The notes below the pieces were generated by a model. That model did not search any database and was not told the origin of the DNA. It worked only from the letters and a program-made list of their open reading frames with translations. DNA of 64,000 bases from Octopus sinensis (lineage: Eukaryota): assembly GCF_006345805.1 (NCBI RefSeq), contig NC_043008.1, forward strand, positions 42,532,001-42,596,000. Reading direction: 5' to 3'. Shown here piece by piece: positions 1-15,027 of the stretch. Positions within the stretch are counted from its first letter, which is position 1; each line of letters begins with the position of its first letter. Both the position numbers and the translations under genes were made by a program.

Positions 1-309
1 TTATCATTAGAAAATCGGAAAAAATACTTTCTGTTATTTGTTCTAGTTTTTTACGTCTCGAGTTCAATTTCTGACGAGTCGGTCCATGCTTACAAGTTCG
101 TTACAAGGGGCCACAAATGTTCAGGGATCGGGTATTTTCCTGACACTTTATCTTATATAGATTCTGAAAGGAGCGAAGACAAAGCTGACCCTCGGCGGTA
201 TTTCAACACTACGTGAATAGCCAGCAGAGATGCCGCTAATGATTCTGCTAGCTAGCCACTGCAGTAGCAGTGGTAGTAGTAGTAGTAGCAGCAGCTGCCA
301 TGGTAGCAT

Positions 310-363
<54 letters not shown>

Positions 364-734
364 AAGTAACAACAACAACAGATAGTAAAAGTGTAGTGTT
401 TTATGAAAGGCAGCTGTGACCATTATATGGATTGATTGCCCGAAGGTTTTAGAGCAGCGTTTACCACTTTTGGAGATTCTGGTTCCTCTCAATTCAATAT
501 CATGATTAGCAATAAGATTAACTAACAATATTGTAAATGACGAAATGAGCAGGTATATCAAACATGCTAAAGATTACCTGAAGGGAAAGTAATTTCACAA
601 AAGAGGGAATTGGAGAAAATTGAAATTAATCTTTATTATAAGACTAATGATGTGAAGGGTCAATATTTGTGTCATTTTCTCTCACTTCCCCTAATTTCCG
701 ATGGCATATCTAGGCCCTGCTATATTTCTGAGCA

Positions 735-737
<3 letters not shown>

Positions 738-805
<68 letters not shown>

Positions 806-950
806 TTATTCATCCATCCCTTCATCCATCTATCCAACTATCTGTCTGTCTATCTGTCTGTCTATCTACATATCTATATATCTATCTATCTATATATCTA
901 CCTATCTATCTATATATGTATGTATGTTTGTGTGTATGTATGTATGTATG

Positions 951-998
<48 letters not shown>

Positions 999-1000
999 CC
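738..1000. repeat. (TATC)n / (TATG)n tetranucleotide microsatellite
   Basis: Seen directly; related (GATA)n arrays at 22310-22430 and 34560-34690. Confidence 0.96.
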
Positions 1001-1624
1001 TCTCTTTCCTTCTCTGTATACACACGTGTATGTATGTGTGTGTGCGTGGGGGATGTATGCGTGTATAACTTAAAAGACTAGAAAGTTGGAATTCGGGCAG
1101 GTGCATTATTAGCATTCTGGTATAATCCAGATCTGGCTACCGCATCGAACGATATACCATTCCACGGTACTTCACTCGATACGCAAATCTCGAGTTCCCT
1201 TTAATGGGTTTCATACAGCATACCAGAGAACATAATCAAAATCTCATAATGAGGAAGAGAGAATGATACATTGTCAAAATGTTCTTTCTACAGCATTTCT
1301 CTTATTAAATTCGTGTTTCGGTTCCATAAGTATCGTATCGTCTTTTGATGTAGCATTTCTGGTCATTTAGTTAATACACTTGCAGTACAATTTCATCCAA
1401 GGTAGACTGTACTTGCACAGCTTTTTGTACAAGACTTTTGCCCATGCATGTGGATTAAGTAAACGGAGGATTAAAGCGTTAGATTGTCCTTCTGGATATA
1501 TATTTTAGCAGAGATATCAAATATATTGGGCTAAATAAGCCGACGGGCTGGCAGAAACGCTAGAACGTTGGGCGAAATGCTGTGTGTGTGTGTAAGTGTG
1601 TACACGCACACTTACACACACGTA

Positions 1625-2010
1625 CACACACACATATAGTCGCAAGCATTGCTATGTGGTAGAAAATTTACTTCCCACCTGCATAGTGCGGTGTTCAGTC
1701 CCACTGCATGGCAATGTCTTCTACCACAGCTCTGGGCCAACCAAAGCTTTATGGGTGGTTGTTTGTGTATGTGTGATTTTATGTGTGTCTTTGTGTATAT
1801 GTTTGCCCCACCATCACCATCACCACTACCAACATCACCTCACAACCAATATTGGTTTGTTTACGTCCCCGCGTCTACAAGTTCAGCATAAGAGACCGAT
1901 AGGATAAGTACCCTATTTAAGAATATAAGTTCTGGGGTCGATTCATTCGACTAAAATTTTCTTAAGGCGGTGCCCCAGCTTGGCCGTAGTCTAATTACAG
2001 AAGCAGGTAA
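1625..2010 (+). mobile_element. SINE family A, degenerate copy
   Basis: ttcagtcccactgcatggcaatgtcttctac, gagaccgataggataagtac and ggcggtgccccagc match 11289-11705. Confidence 0.75.
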
Positions 2011-2745
2011 AACATGTAACAAAAACTGTATACGCGTGTTTGTGTGTGCAAGTGTGTGTGTATGTTTGTGTATGTGTCTGTGTATGCGTTTGTGTATGTG
2101 TTTTTGTGATGTAGTATATCTATTCAGTGTTTTATCTCTCACCATCACCATCAACACCAGCAACAAGAACAACAGAAACGACTCGACCAACACCATCAAC
2201 ATTAGCATCATCACTATCAGCACCATCACCAACATCACTACCAGGATGACGACGACGACCACCATCGTCACTACCTTCACCAGCATCACCATCATCCGTA
2301 CCACCACCGACGCCGCCTCCACCGTTACCCACCATCATCACTACCACCATCACCGCCAGCGCCCTCTTCTACATAATTCTCTTTCATTCCTGTACGATAC
2401 GAACATACATGAAAATCACTAACTTTAGTAAAACATATTAATGAGTTTAGCGGATTTGTAATTAATCTAATTCATTAGATATGCAAAGTATTAATGTGGT
2501 TGTTCTTATCTTTAACAGTGAAGCCATAATACTATAATAGTGTCTAACTTCCGGTAGGTTTCCATTTTCCGCCACAGCAACATCTAACCATTACGAACAA
2601 CATTCTTTTCCGAACGAGTGTTGCGTAAGTTAAGAAATGTAAGTTTATTCGGCAAAATGCTCGGGGACATGTGCTGCATAAAAACTTCATAGTAAGGTTG
2701 GTTTCTACATAATCGATATAACGAACGCCGAGATTTTGGTTAAAT

Positions 2746-3058
2746 AATTATTTCTACTATAGGCACAATGTTTGAAATTTGGGGGACGGGAATAGTAGAT
2801 TTCTTCGACACCCAGTATTTAACTGGTACTTGATTTATCGGCCCCGAAAGGTTGAAAGATAAAGTTGACCTATGTGGAATTTGAATTCAGAAGGTTGTGG
2901 CCGACGAAATACCGCAAAGCATTTCGTCCGGCGTTTTAACGATTCTGCCAGATTACCGCTAAGGTTAAGTAATAATTTCTACTATAGGCACAATGTCTGA
3001 AATTTGGGGGGAAGAGAGTACCCGATTACATTGACCCCAGTGCGTTACTGGTACTTTT
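2746..3058 (-). mobile_element. SINE family B, one full copy plus an adjacent 3' fragment
   Basis: tttctactataggcacaa..ccccgaaagg..gaatttgaattcagaa..cgacgaaatac..gattctgccag; the second 3' end starts at 2970. Confidence 0.78.
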
Positions 3059-3062
3059 CTCT

Positions 3063-3200
3063 AGGCTAAACCTAGCTATCACATTTGAAAATTCCTACAA
3101 ATCTACTAACTTTTTAGACGTAACATTAAACTTAGAAACCTCCCAGTATTCCCCTTATCACAAATTAACCAATACTACTAATAGCATCTACATTGATCCT
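3063..3200 (+). mobile_element. Penelope-like retroelement RT fragment (+ strand)
   Basis: Translates as RLNLAITFENSYKSTNFLDVTLNLETSQYSPYHK, matching the Penelope-type RT motif GL.ITIE.N...VNFLDVTLNL..G.Y.PY.K. Confidence 0.7.
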
Positions 3201-3234
3201 GGCATTAGGGGACTTATTATGAATACATACTATA

Positions 3235-4002
3235 TTTGAATAAAATAGATCTAAATTGTTTATTATTTCTAGAAGCTATGACTGTAGGTAAGTTATGAGT
3301 TAAACTATATCCTATCTTTATTTTCTTATTGTTAATAATTGCATAATATCTATTATTCATATTAAAGTGTTTAATTAGCCTATAAAATCATTTTACCAAA
3401 AAAGCTTTTTAATTGCATGGCACATGGGAATATAAGCCATATTATCTTATTAGTATCAACTTTAATATTGTTGAAACTACTAAAATTATTTTCATTCATT
3501 AAGTAGAGATTATTTTCAATTTTATTCGGTTTCTTTATATATCTATGATTTTTATTATTATCATTACTTTTTATATTATTATTATTCCTATTATGAAATT
3601 TACACATATTATTTATTATATTATTATCTTTAATATATTGTAATTTATTCTTAAATCGAGCTTTACTTAAAGCCAAATCATAGTGGTCTTTATGTCTATT
3701 AAATAAATTTTTATTATAATATAAATATGAAATTCTCTTATTAATATTATATAGTAATGTTTTTTGCAATGAAGGTGGGTGGTTGCTTTGATAATTTATA
3801 TATTTTATTTTATAATTTGGTTTTATATACGGTCCACATATTCCAGATAATAAATTACAGTTCGTATCTAAGTAATTTATTGAATTATATTCTTTTTATA
3901 TAGTTATAGATAAACAAAATCTTTTTTAAAAATTTAAATAATCGTTTCTTTATTAGTTCTAGGCATCTATTAGACGTAGTCATAACTATAAATAGTGCAC
4001 CG

Positions 4003-4005
<3 letters not shown>
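3235..4005 (-). mobile_element. Penelope-like retroelement, degenerate RT C-terminal and linker region
   Basis: With frameshifts: ..[113 protein letters not shown]. This resembles the Penelope FLD / PY.KP / SNHPP / INKRIS / K.SYS.T.N motifs. Confidence 0.8.
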
Positions 4006-4058
<53 letters not shown>

Positions 4059-4148
4059 ACATATATATATGTATGGAGTGATGGATTGATGTATGGATGT
4101 GTATGTATATATATATGTGTATTTGAATATATATATATGCATATATAT

Positions 4149-4193
<45 letters not shown>

Positions 4194-5346
4194 TATACAT
4201 GCATATATATGCATATGTATGTACATATATACATATATGTGTATTATGTATTTATTAATGTATGTATGTATGTGTGTGTGCATTCGTAAATGGTGAGAAA
4301 ACAGATTCTGTAAAATATTCGATGCACACGACTTCACAATGTGTATCGATTACTAAGTCGACGTATATATAGTAGACAGTCGATTCCTCTTCATATAAAG
4401 GCCTGACGACATCTCATTATCACAGAGAGTACACACAAAAAAGTATAGCCTACTCGACAATATAAATACCTGAGATGCTACCTGAGAATCAAGCACTACT
4501 AATTAGTTACTTGAAACGCGAACCAGACGTAACTTAATACACATTTACACCAATTCCTACCCCAAATCCTTTTCTGGCCTTTTTGGGGGGGCCTTAACAA
4601 ACCATTTTGTAGAATCATTTAGTTTAATGTTTCTCAATTTTTTTTCTTTGCCAATGGACTCCATTGATTTTTATTTTACTTGGTTTGAATCTCATAGCCA
4701 TTAAAAAACACATTCAGCATGGGGACAGCCTGAGGGCTGAAACATAAAAAAAACAAAGGAATATAAAAAAATATTTCTTTTATAATTGAATAATATCAGA
4801 AATTCTAACAACAAATTTTGAAAAGACTTCGTGTATTTTAGAAGTGCAAGCAATTTATATATTTTAACAATATAACCGTAAATTGATCCCAAACTATCAT
4901 ATGGGCCCCTACTTGAGGACCAATGAGTTAAGGGCTCTCCAGCTCCGAAGAAAAGCAAAGCATTCCATTATTACTATGGCACCTTAGCCGCAGTTTCTTT
5001 CAAAGGTTAAATTACCTGCACCCACAAATCGAAGATGGCCCCTGACCAAAACGGATCTACGTATAATCAGCTTGTTAATGTTTATATATCTCTCCTTCTT
5101 TTTAAGTTGAACAGGATATTGCCAGAAATTTCAAAACCCTCAAAGATAAGCATTTTCTCATTTCCCCTATATGCAGAAAAACTATGTAGTGAAAGTTGTC
5201 TAAAAGTGCACGTTTATGTACGTTTGTACGTTACTTCTAGGTATAAATATATATATATATGCGTGTGTGTTTGTATATTTGTATATGGTGCGTGTATGTG
5301 CTTGTATATATATATATATATACACACACACACGCACGCACACACA

Positions 5347-5388
<42 letters not shown>

Positions 5389-5402
5389 ACACACACACAC
5401 AC

Positions 5403-5442
<40 letters not shown>

Positions 5443-6022
5443 TGTAGTTCTGAACGCAGGCGAGTAGGCATATGTGCATACCTAAAATAATAATAATTTT
5501 AATGATAATAATGGTTTACGTCTGCACCTGAGCAAGCATATGTTTGTCAATATATACGCGTGTTGTTCCGTTCATGTGTAAATATTTGTGTAGGTGCTAA
5601 GAGTATTATGTCTTCAGAGAACAATCGTTCGTGACAAATTACTGTAGATAATACACAGTTCACAGCAAAGCAACATTCCCCGAGGAATGCATTGTCGGAT
5701 GCGTTTACGAGCTAAAAATATTGAACTCTCCGCAGCCTTACATTCCTTCACACTTTCAGCTAAATAGCGTGCCAAAACACGTTTTATAGATTTCTAGATA
5801 GCGTAACCCATTTATGCATTATGGAGAGATGAAATATCTCTCTATGCATGAGTGTGTGTACGCACGTGTGTTAGCGTGTGTGTGTGTACATGCGTGCGTT
5901 TGTGTGTGCCTCTGTGTGTGGATTGGTTAAGAATAAGCACCTCATCTCTTAAGCACAGTATACAGTTTATGTGGCCTTGTAATTTTATGCGTTAATATAA
6001 GCATGTACATATCCGTGCATAT

Positions 6023-6071
<49 letters not shown>

Positions 6072-6072
6072 G

Positions 6073-6107
<35 letters not shown>

Positions 6108-6381
6108 GCATTTGTATATACAAACATACATATATATATAATATATATATATGCAACTGTACATTTATATATCTATCTATCTAAATATATATACATATAT
6201 ATATGTATATTTACGATCCCTATTGATGGGTTTTTAAATTTCATTTTTCCTTTTTTTTCTTTTTTTCTTCCTCTTTTACGATCCCTTTTGATTGAAAACC
6301 TACCCCACCTTTTTCTCCCCAAAAAGAAAGCTCTAGTTTGTAATTTGCCCCGTCTGTGTGCAACCCTGTGTGGTAATAAAA

Positions 6382-6524
<143 letters not shown>

Positions 6525-7589
6525 AGCATATATGTATTTATATATGTACAAATAACTGTGGGTTAATCACACCACCTACATATTTCTGTTTATATTTATT
6601 TAATTATTGCGTGACTCTACGAACCGCCCAGTGCTTTCCTCACCTGTCTTTAAAATAGAATATATACACAATGTGCTATATCTTTACATGTCGGATATTT
6701 AGCAAAGAATCAACCATGATTCTTAAATGGAATATTCGTAAAAATATCCCGGAAAAAATGCTATAATAATTTTGGTATAATTTGAACGCAAGACCTCTTG
6801 AACAATCACTAATCTTTTAACTCGTGTCCTATTACACCTGGCAGGTAATTTTCCTTTATATAAATACGTTATTGCATTTCCTTCTGTTTAGTAAATGCAG
6901 TCAATCAGAATTTCTTTCTTTCAATTGTCCCCGTACAACCTATCACGACCATGGTAATTTTGTCGTTTGGCTCTCAGAAAATCCTTTATCGAACAGACAT
7001 TCAACAAAAAGAATTCCATCGATGGCTCTCCCATGTTAAATTCTTATTCAGACATGAATTATCAGAATGTAGATATAATTGTATTAATATGCAAATGAAG
7101 GATGTCGGACATGGTTCGTCAATTGACTATTATCACGAGGTCAGCTTTGTAGTGATGACCAGCTCAGACTCCGTTCTGTTATTAACATGCAGTGAACGTT
7201 CAGTGCTTCTTCTTGATCGATACACGGAAGTTTTAATTTTATAACTTGGAGAATAATTTTCTCTCTTTTTCTGATCGTTACTGTTGTTGTTGCTGTAAGT
7301 CATGCTGTGATGGGGGTATTTCTCACTATTCGAGGTTAAAAGAGACTTAAGGGAAAACAATGTCTGACCGTTGGAATATCTAGAAAATATATATTCTAGA
7401 TATAGTTCCACTTTGGCAAAGGTGGACAATGGACGCAAGTGAAGGGTACGAACGACTTTTAAGAGTCCCCTATTTCGTACGTGGCTACGTGGTTGGCGGC
7501 TACCATGAGGTTTGCTGTTTGTTACCTAAAGATCTCTTGGAATATGTGTATATATCTGTATAAATGCGTATATATATATCGTTGATCTT

Positions 7590-7829
7590 TTACTTTTTCG
7601 GTCTATGCTCCAGCACGGGATGGTAGAAGTTTTAGTCGAATGTATCGAACCCAGTACATACTTTTGAAAGCACTTATTCTACTCGTCCCTTTTGCCGAAG
7701 TGCTAGGTTACAGGGAATTAACCGGCTGTCAACCGATGGTGGTGGTTGGAGGGCGGGCAAACACACACACACACGCACACACACGCACACAACATACACA
7801 CACACATACACACACACATACACACACAG

Positions 7830-7860
<31 letters not shown>

Positions 7861-8012
7861 CGTCAGGCTTCTTTCAGTTTCCTTCCACCAAATCCACTCT
7901 CAAGGCTTTGACTGGCCCGTGGCATAGTAAATGATGCTTGTGCAAGATGTTACGCAGTGGGACTGAACCCAGATTTATGTGATTAGGAAGCAAGCTTCTT
8001 ATAGAGCCACGT
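7590..8012 (-). mobile_element. SINE family A
   Basis: Reverse complement of the family A head (gcagtgggactgaaccc) and tail (atgctccagcac, cccttttgccgaa), with an internal (CA)n. Confidence 0.78.
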
Positions 8013-9599
8013 CTGCGCTGATATAAATATATATATATATATGTATATACGTATATATATATATATATATGTATATACGTATATACATGTATATATATAT
8101 ACATACAACCAAGCAAATTACCTCTATCCCATTATGAATGAGTGTTCCTCTAAAACATTTCTTATTCCAAATTTGTAATAGAAACGAATTCGCGTTTGTA
8201 AAATTACCATATTCTTATTAAAATTGAAGGAATTCGGGCGAAATATTTTTTGCTCTCAAATAAATCTATTATTAATGCCTTACGTTCAAGCAGGAATCCC
8301 TTACACGGAAAAGAACCAATCACTCTGAGGAATTCTGTTGTTTAAAATTGATTTCAATGTTCATTATGTAAAAGGTTCTGCATATATTTTGAAGGAAATA
8401 TTAATATTTTAACATGAATGTCATCAACTAAAAGGTTTTGTTAAATATAATCTCCGTAAGTTTAACAAGGAATCATGTTATAGAAGAATCATGCATATTT
8501 TCACGTACACACGCGCACGCACACACACGCACACACACACACGCACACACACACACACACTCACATATGGCAAGAAGTTGGGATTCACAAATTCTTTCTT
8601 TGAATTATATATACATATATATGTGTGTGTGTGTGGTGTGTGTGTGTGTTTGTTTGTGTGAATGTATAGATGCTTTTATATATTTATATATGTATGTGTA
8701 ACGTAAGTTTAGAAAAAAGCCATTGGTTTCATATCTAGCGTGAACTCGACATCTCTTCAGTTTCTCTAAACAGTCACCATTCTCTGCAAGGAATGCTTGT
8801 ATTAAACCACAAGAACTCTGGTGATAGTTCGAGAAATAAACCTCTTTAAAAATATGACCGTGCGAGTCGTCTTTCTTCGCTTGATTGCTAGGTTTTCCAA
8901 TTTTGAAGTAAAAATTTCCTAAATGTGGACAACTCCCATGACTTCCGTCCTGGAGTTAAGGTAACATCCTGGCTCATATGAGTTCATGAGAATCATATAT
9001 ATGGTAAATGAAAGACAGAAGATGGGATATACAAGAATTTAATATTAATGGGGACAGTTGTTTCGACACGTCTAGTATCGATCCCTCACGGGTACAACCC
9101 TTAACAGCTGGTGTCCTCGTGTGTATATATATATAAGCATATATAATATTTAGCATAATTTATATATTTTCACATTGTAAATACATATATTATGTTACGC
9201 TAATGTGAGCTTAGCGGGATTTATCATATGGGCTGTTGCGTGATAGCTCTCTTATGTTTCAAGTTACGGCTAACAGCAGCGTTTAGCATTTAACGTCTGT
9301 AACTACAAGGAGTTGTTACGCATGCTGTAAATTCCTCAGCTGGGCAATTCATTGTTCGCTTCTCTGGATGATAATATTATCTGGAGTGTATATCAGAAAT
9401 AATTATAACGATAGATAATCATCCTCAGACTGTATTTCCTTTTATTTTATAATGTCATACGGCATATTTCTATGGCTTTGTAACGTGTAATTTCGCTAGT
9501 TGCTCTTGGTGAGTATGATGCTGCGAGTAGATACAGTCATCTTTTGAATCCTTGCGCTCTCTGTTTCAGTTCTTAAGCTTCACCCATCTTGGGGTACCA

Positions 9600-9725
9600 C
9601 CTTCAAGAATAGATCGACTAAAAATACGTTTCTATCTGCGCAAGGTACCAGGCAGGAGGAGCGAACCTAGAGTCATGTGGTTGCGTGCGTAGCAAGCTTT
9701 ATACCACTCAGCCACGCCTGCGCCT
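9600..9725 (-). mobile_element. SINE family A, 5' fragment
   Basis: gaacctagagtcatgtggttg..caagct..accactcagccacgcctgcgcc is the reverse complement of the family A head. Confidence 0.65.
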
Positions 9726-10110
9726 ACGCGTGTATGCCATAGCTTCCAATTATGAAGTGATACAAGGATGTAAATGCTTGTAAATTTTTTGCACTCACAT
9801 TATTTTTTATTTATTTTACTCTCCCTCTCTCTGGAGATTAATATCATGAAACTTAGAGAGAGAGAGCGAGACAGAGAGTGAAAGAGAGAAAGAAAGTGAG
9901 AGGTAGAGAGAAAGAATGAAAGAGGGGGCGGAAAAAATATGCGAAGAGGAACAGAGAAGGACAGCGATAAAAAAAATATATGATAGATATTGATAAATAG
10001 ATATATAGGCTAAAGAAATACGAGCGAATGAGAGGCGTGAGAATAAGAAAATAATGTCACAGGTAAGGATGTAAGATCAAACAAACCATACAGGTATACA
10101 GATATATGTT

Positions 10111-10171
<61 letters not shown>

Positions 10172-11288
10172 ATATATAATATATATATATATATGTATAT
10201 ATGTAAGCGAGTGTCTATGTAGGTTTTTGTATAAATGGGTGTGTTTACAGGTATTTGCGATAGTAATGCTGTTCTCATACCAGAAGGATCCTAAAAGCAT
10301 GCATGTTCGCAGAATATGTGTGTGAATGTGTGTGTGAATGTGTTTGTGTGTGTGTGTGTGTGTGAGTGTGTGTGTATGTGTACATATATAACCGAACAGT
10401 CGCAATTACGATCACATTATCTATACCACCGTACACAGACAGAAGCAAAAGTAACGCTTTACATTCTTTTTGCCAACACGTCTTTATTTCTTTTGATAAC
10501 GTATATATTTTGTCTTACTATACAATACCTGAATCCCTTTTACAACACACACACACATAGACACACACACACACACACGCACACATGCCCGCGAATCACA
10601 TACAAGCATCTGCACACTTGTACGCCATCTTGCCACAATCTTTCCCTCCTCTTCCTCCGCCTCCTCCTCCTCCTCCCCATCTTTCTTCCTGTCATACTTT
10701 ATAACGTTAAAGCTCCACTCCCACCTCTATACGCCTTAACACACTTAACCATTCTTCAAAGACAAACGGTTTCAAATCGAGGTTGATAGATAAATGCCTT
10801 ATTGTCAATTGCTGTATTGTAAGATGCGACTGGAGCCTGCTTATCCCCGACTTTATTCGTCACGTGACAGTATTCACACAGCACTTAGTACACCATTAAA
10901 CAGCGTTAAGTGGAAGAACTGAGAAAAATGTCGAAGGAAGCTTCTACATAATATTCCCTCTTCTTCGTATTAGGTGTTCAAGTGTGAATCACACTAGCGG
11001 ACACATATATACATGTGCACGCAGATACGTACATACGAAAATATATACATACGTACATTATATACAATCACCACATATATGTGTATGTATATGCATGTGG
11101 TTATGCATATGTAAGTACAAATATACATACAGGTGTGTGTATGTGTGTGTTAGAAAATGATACTATCAAAAGTTGTGATTATAAGTAATAAAATCTCAGG
11201 TCGAAGAATTATGTATAGAATGCATATTATGAATATATGTACACATATGCGTACAATCGTACAAACACACACATATGTACATATATAT

Positions 11289-11705
11289 AGGCGTAGGAGT
11301 GGCTGTGAGGTAAGTAGCTTGCTTACCAACCACATGGTTCCGGGTTCAGTCCCACTGCGTGGAAACTTGAGCAAGTGTCTTCTACTATAGCCTCGAGCCG
11401 ACCAAAGCCATGTGAGTGGATTTGGTAGACGGAAACTGAAAGAAGCCCGTCGTATATATATGTTTATATATGTATGCGTGTATGTTTCTGCGTCTGTGTT
11501 TGTCCCCCCCCCAACATCGCTTGACAACCAATGCTGGTGTGTTTACGTCCCTGTAACGTAGCGGTTCTGCAAAAGAGACCGATAGAATAATTACTAGGCT
11601 TACAAAGAATAAGTCCTGGTGTCGATTTGCTCGACGAAAGGTGATGCTCCAGCATGGCCACAGTGAAATGATTGAAACAAGTAAAAACAGTAAGAGTATA
11701 GTAAT
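11289..11705 (+). mobile_element. tRNA-derived SINE, family A, full length
   Basis: A-box-like tggctgtgaggt and B-box-like ggttcagtccc, central (TA/TG)n, 3' part gagaccgatagaataa..tgctccagcatggcc..aaacaagtaaaa. Homologous copies occur throughout the window. Confidence 0.88.
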
Positions 11706-11824
11706 TACGCCTTAATAAGCTAGAGACTTCGAGAGACGCAAAGAAAGCTAAATTATCAATGATTAAACTCGAAACAAATATAGCTATAAAATTCATAAAA
11801 ATATTGGATTAAAATCCGCCCTTC

Positions 11825-12301
11825 AATGAAGAATATCGATAGTGATATACAAAGTAATGAACTTGATTGTGAGACTCATGTGTCCTGGAGATCCTGCCAA
11901 AACATTTTGAGCGAGGAATAACGAATGAAAATATTTGCAGCAAAATATGTGCCTCGCTTGCTTACGGTGAGTCAAAAGCAGTCACGACTGAATGCGTGTC
12001 GTGAACTGAAAGAACAGTTAGAAGTTGGTCCGGACCTTACTTGGAAGGTCATCACTGGTGAAGGCAGCTAGGGCTAAGGAATTTGCAGAAGAGGTGACGA
12101 AATAAAACAAAAAGAACGGGGGCGTTAAAAGACACCACTTTGCAAGAGTTCCATCACCGCTTTGAACACTGGAAAATCTGCCATGAGCGATGCATTGCTT
12201 CAAATGAAGAATACTTTGAAGGCGATAAAAGTGTAAACACGTAAATCTAAGTGAATAACATAATATTTCAAAATTCATTTTCTTTCGGGTACACCCTCGT
12301 A
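11825..12301 (+). mobile_element. Internally deleted mariner transposon relic with one terminal inverted repeat
   Basis: SWRSCQNILSEE*RMKIFAAKYVPRLLTVSQKQSRLNACRELKEQLEVGPDLTWKVITGE, then FEHWKICHERCIASNEEYFEGDK. Ends in TIR-like ctttcgggtacaccctcg followed by TA. Confidence 0.85.
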
Positions 12302-13844
12302 TGTACGTAATATATTCCCATACATATACGTTTATATTTGATCATGCCACAACGTGTTATAAAACTATTGCACTAATCAGGGTTAGGCAACCGTTGTTTT
12401 CCCTTTAAGTTCGGTATTGACTCTTTAATCAATCATTTATCTCTAACATTCTGATGTTTCACTGATTTCCATGGCTATTCGCAATTTATTTCTCTTGTTT
12501 CGGATCATTATAGCTACTCTGTTTTACTTTCACAGGTGCCTTCCACCATTATTCTTTCATACGTTTCATTCTCACTTCTTGTATTTTTATTCTCAGGATT
12601 ATCCTTTTACGAGATTTCATTAAACAAAGACAAATTTATGTTTGAACTGAAGCATCTTTTTCTATGCACGTAATGTAAGACTTTATGTTTATTGGTATGT
12701 ATACTTGTGTATACATTTCTGCATTTACTTATAGAAAAAAACGCAAAATTTGCGCACCGAAACGACAATGTTATTTTAACTCGCTTCCCCAGACGATTGT
12801 ACGTAGCTGTTAAGATATTTACTTCGATAATATGAGTGGGCTTTTTTCTTTTCATATCTGTTAATTATAAGTGCAGAGATACACACATAACTAACGCTCA
12901 CATATGTTATCAGCCACAAATAAATCAAAGACAAACACCTTCAAACGATACAGACAAAAACATATTCACATACAAGCATATTAAAGTATTTGAGATATTT
13001 GCTGTTTTTCTAGAAATTTCTGTGCAATATTCATTGTTTAATAATGTGAAAAATCATTTTAAAGCAGAGATTGCACAATACATTTAAAATAATGGATTTG
13101 CACCGCATGTTTTCCAGAAATCCGACAGAACCTAATATGTGATTTGATCTTGTTGTTATTGAAGTACAAATGAGCCCTGATTTAATACACTTCTCATTAA
13201 GCTAACGGACTATTTTCTCAACAGTTGCTATTTTATTTTTCACTTTAAAATATTACAAAATAAACACACACCATTGCATGAAAGCATAGATGTTCAATAT
13301 TCCGTGGTTCGTGTTGAAAAGAAATGTTCAAGAAAGGAATCAAACGAACCAAAGGTAACTACAAGCATTAAATATAATGCAAATCTTGAGAATACCTTAT
13401 TAAGAAAAAATGTTCAATACGCTCCAAAAAAAAAAAATTAAGAAAACAAAACAGAAAAAAAACATGAAACGCATTGAAGAATTCAATAAAAGTTTAGGAT
13501 TATTATCGTTTTAAAATTACAATCAAATATCTGTTTCACAGAACCCCCTAACTACTAACGATCTTTTTATTTTTTTTTATTCTTCAAGACATTTTGAGCA
13601 GTAACCCATGGCCTATTTTTTTTTCTTCTTGTCTCTTTTAATGATCTTTTTTCTTCTCTCTTCCTTATTTAATAAACAACAACAATTCTATCTCTTTTCA
13701 GCGCTCTTACCTTTTATCTTCTTTTCACAGCAACTCACGAACTGTGGAATCTAATGAATGCCACCTGATACAATATGTCAGCTCCTCTTATTCACTAGCA
13801 TAACAACATCCGTTTCTATCGCAGGCTCCGTCACCACTATCATT

Positions 13845-13856
13845 ATTATTATTACT

Positions 13857-13902
<46 letters not shown>

Positions 13903-14039
13903 ATCCTGTTTTCGTTGCAGTGATTGCAGTTACCGCAGTTCATTTTGCTGTGAATACAGTTGATATTTTTCAATTTTTATTTAATGTCGTCCATATTGCT
14001 TTTGCAGCAAATAAAGAAATGCATGCTATTATTATATCC

Positions 14040-14092
<53 letters not shown>

Positions 14093-14270
14093 GTTGTTGT
14101 TGTTGTTGTTGCTGTTGATGTTGCTATTTCTGTTATTGTATTGTTATTGGTATTGTTGTTGTTTTTGTTTTTATTATTCTTACTGTTGTTGATATTATGA
14201 TCATTATTGTTATTGTTGTTCTTACTATACTCTTATGATTAATATTATTACTCTTATTATTACTATTATT
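13845..14270. repeat. (CAT)n, (TAT)n and (TGT)n trinucleotide tracts
   Basis: Seen directly; explains ORF 13758-14192. Confidence 0.95.
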
Positions 14271-14985
14271 ACCATGATATTTCTGAGTAGTTTCACATCA
14301 AAACCAAGTTACTTTTACGCAATTTTTTACATCGTATTTGTTTTTCTAGAGTGGAAAAGTTACATAAAATTGTTGCGCTGTTATAGCGTGACAGCTGTTC
14401 CGGCGTACGTATGTTTCCTTCCGTTTGATATTATTCTTGTATACTCATGTTTTTTGAGACAGTTTCTTCAAGTGTATCAATGATGAAATATGACTTATAA
14501 GTATATCAGTATAAGATGTAAAGGTTAAAGTGTAGAGTTAAATGAAATCATGAGGGCGGTAAATGTAGGATATGGACTAGGAAGATTGCATAGAACTGTC
14601 TTCTATAGAGACTTCCACGTAGCAGGAGATATTTTTAATTCTTTGTATAGTCAGTGATTATGTCTATTTTCGTGTTTTGTTTTGTCATACAAAACCACGG
14701 TTTGTTACTGGTACTTTGTTATACTTTCGTCTAAATTATACTGATAAAATCACATTTATATAGGATTTCATGGGGATCCACTTTTAGCCATTTTGAACAA
14801 GGCAATCGTATAACCACAATATCGACACCTCTTCAAACTGGAATTTTGGTTGGTGACAGACGTATTTGAACACTCTGAACGCATACCTATCAGCTTGTGC
14901 CAGCCTCACAACAGCTTATATATTCTACACACACAAACACACACACACACACACACACAAACATATATATATATATATATATTTA

Positions 14986-15027
<42 letters not shown>

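Noticed and set aside
148-566. Minus-strand ctttag|CA TGT TTG ATA TAC CTG.. (CLIYLLISSFTILLVNLIANHD) as the missing TM3 exon
   Set aside because: Phase-compatible and hydrophobic, but it does not match the conserved TM3 end (Y...M....S...TV.VLN.H) in sequence or spacing, and it runs into a microsatellite.
7133-7438. 101-aa minus-strand ORF as the nAChR cytoplasmic loop
   Set aside because: It ends in a stop with no TM4-like segment and shows no receptor motif.
8690-8949. Stop-free minus-strand frame of about 85 codons after a ctccag acceptor-like site
   Set aside because: No recognisable domain, wrong phase for the nAChR, and no clear donor before it enters microsatellite; compatible with chance.
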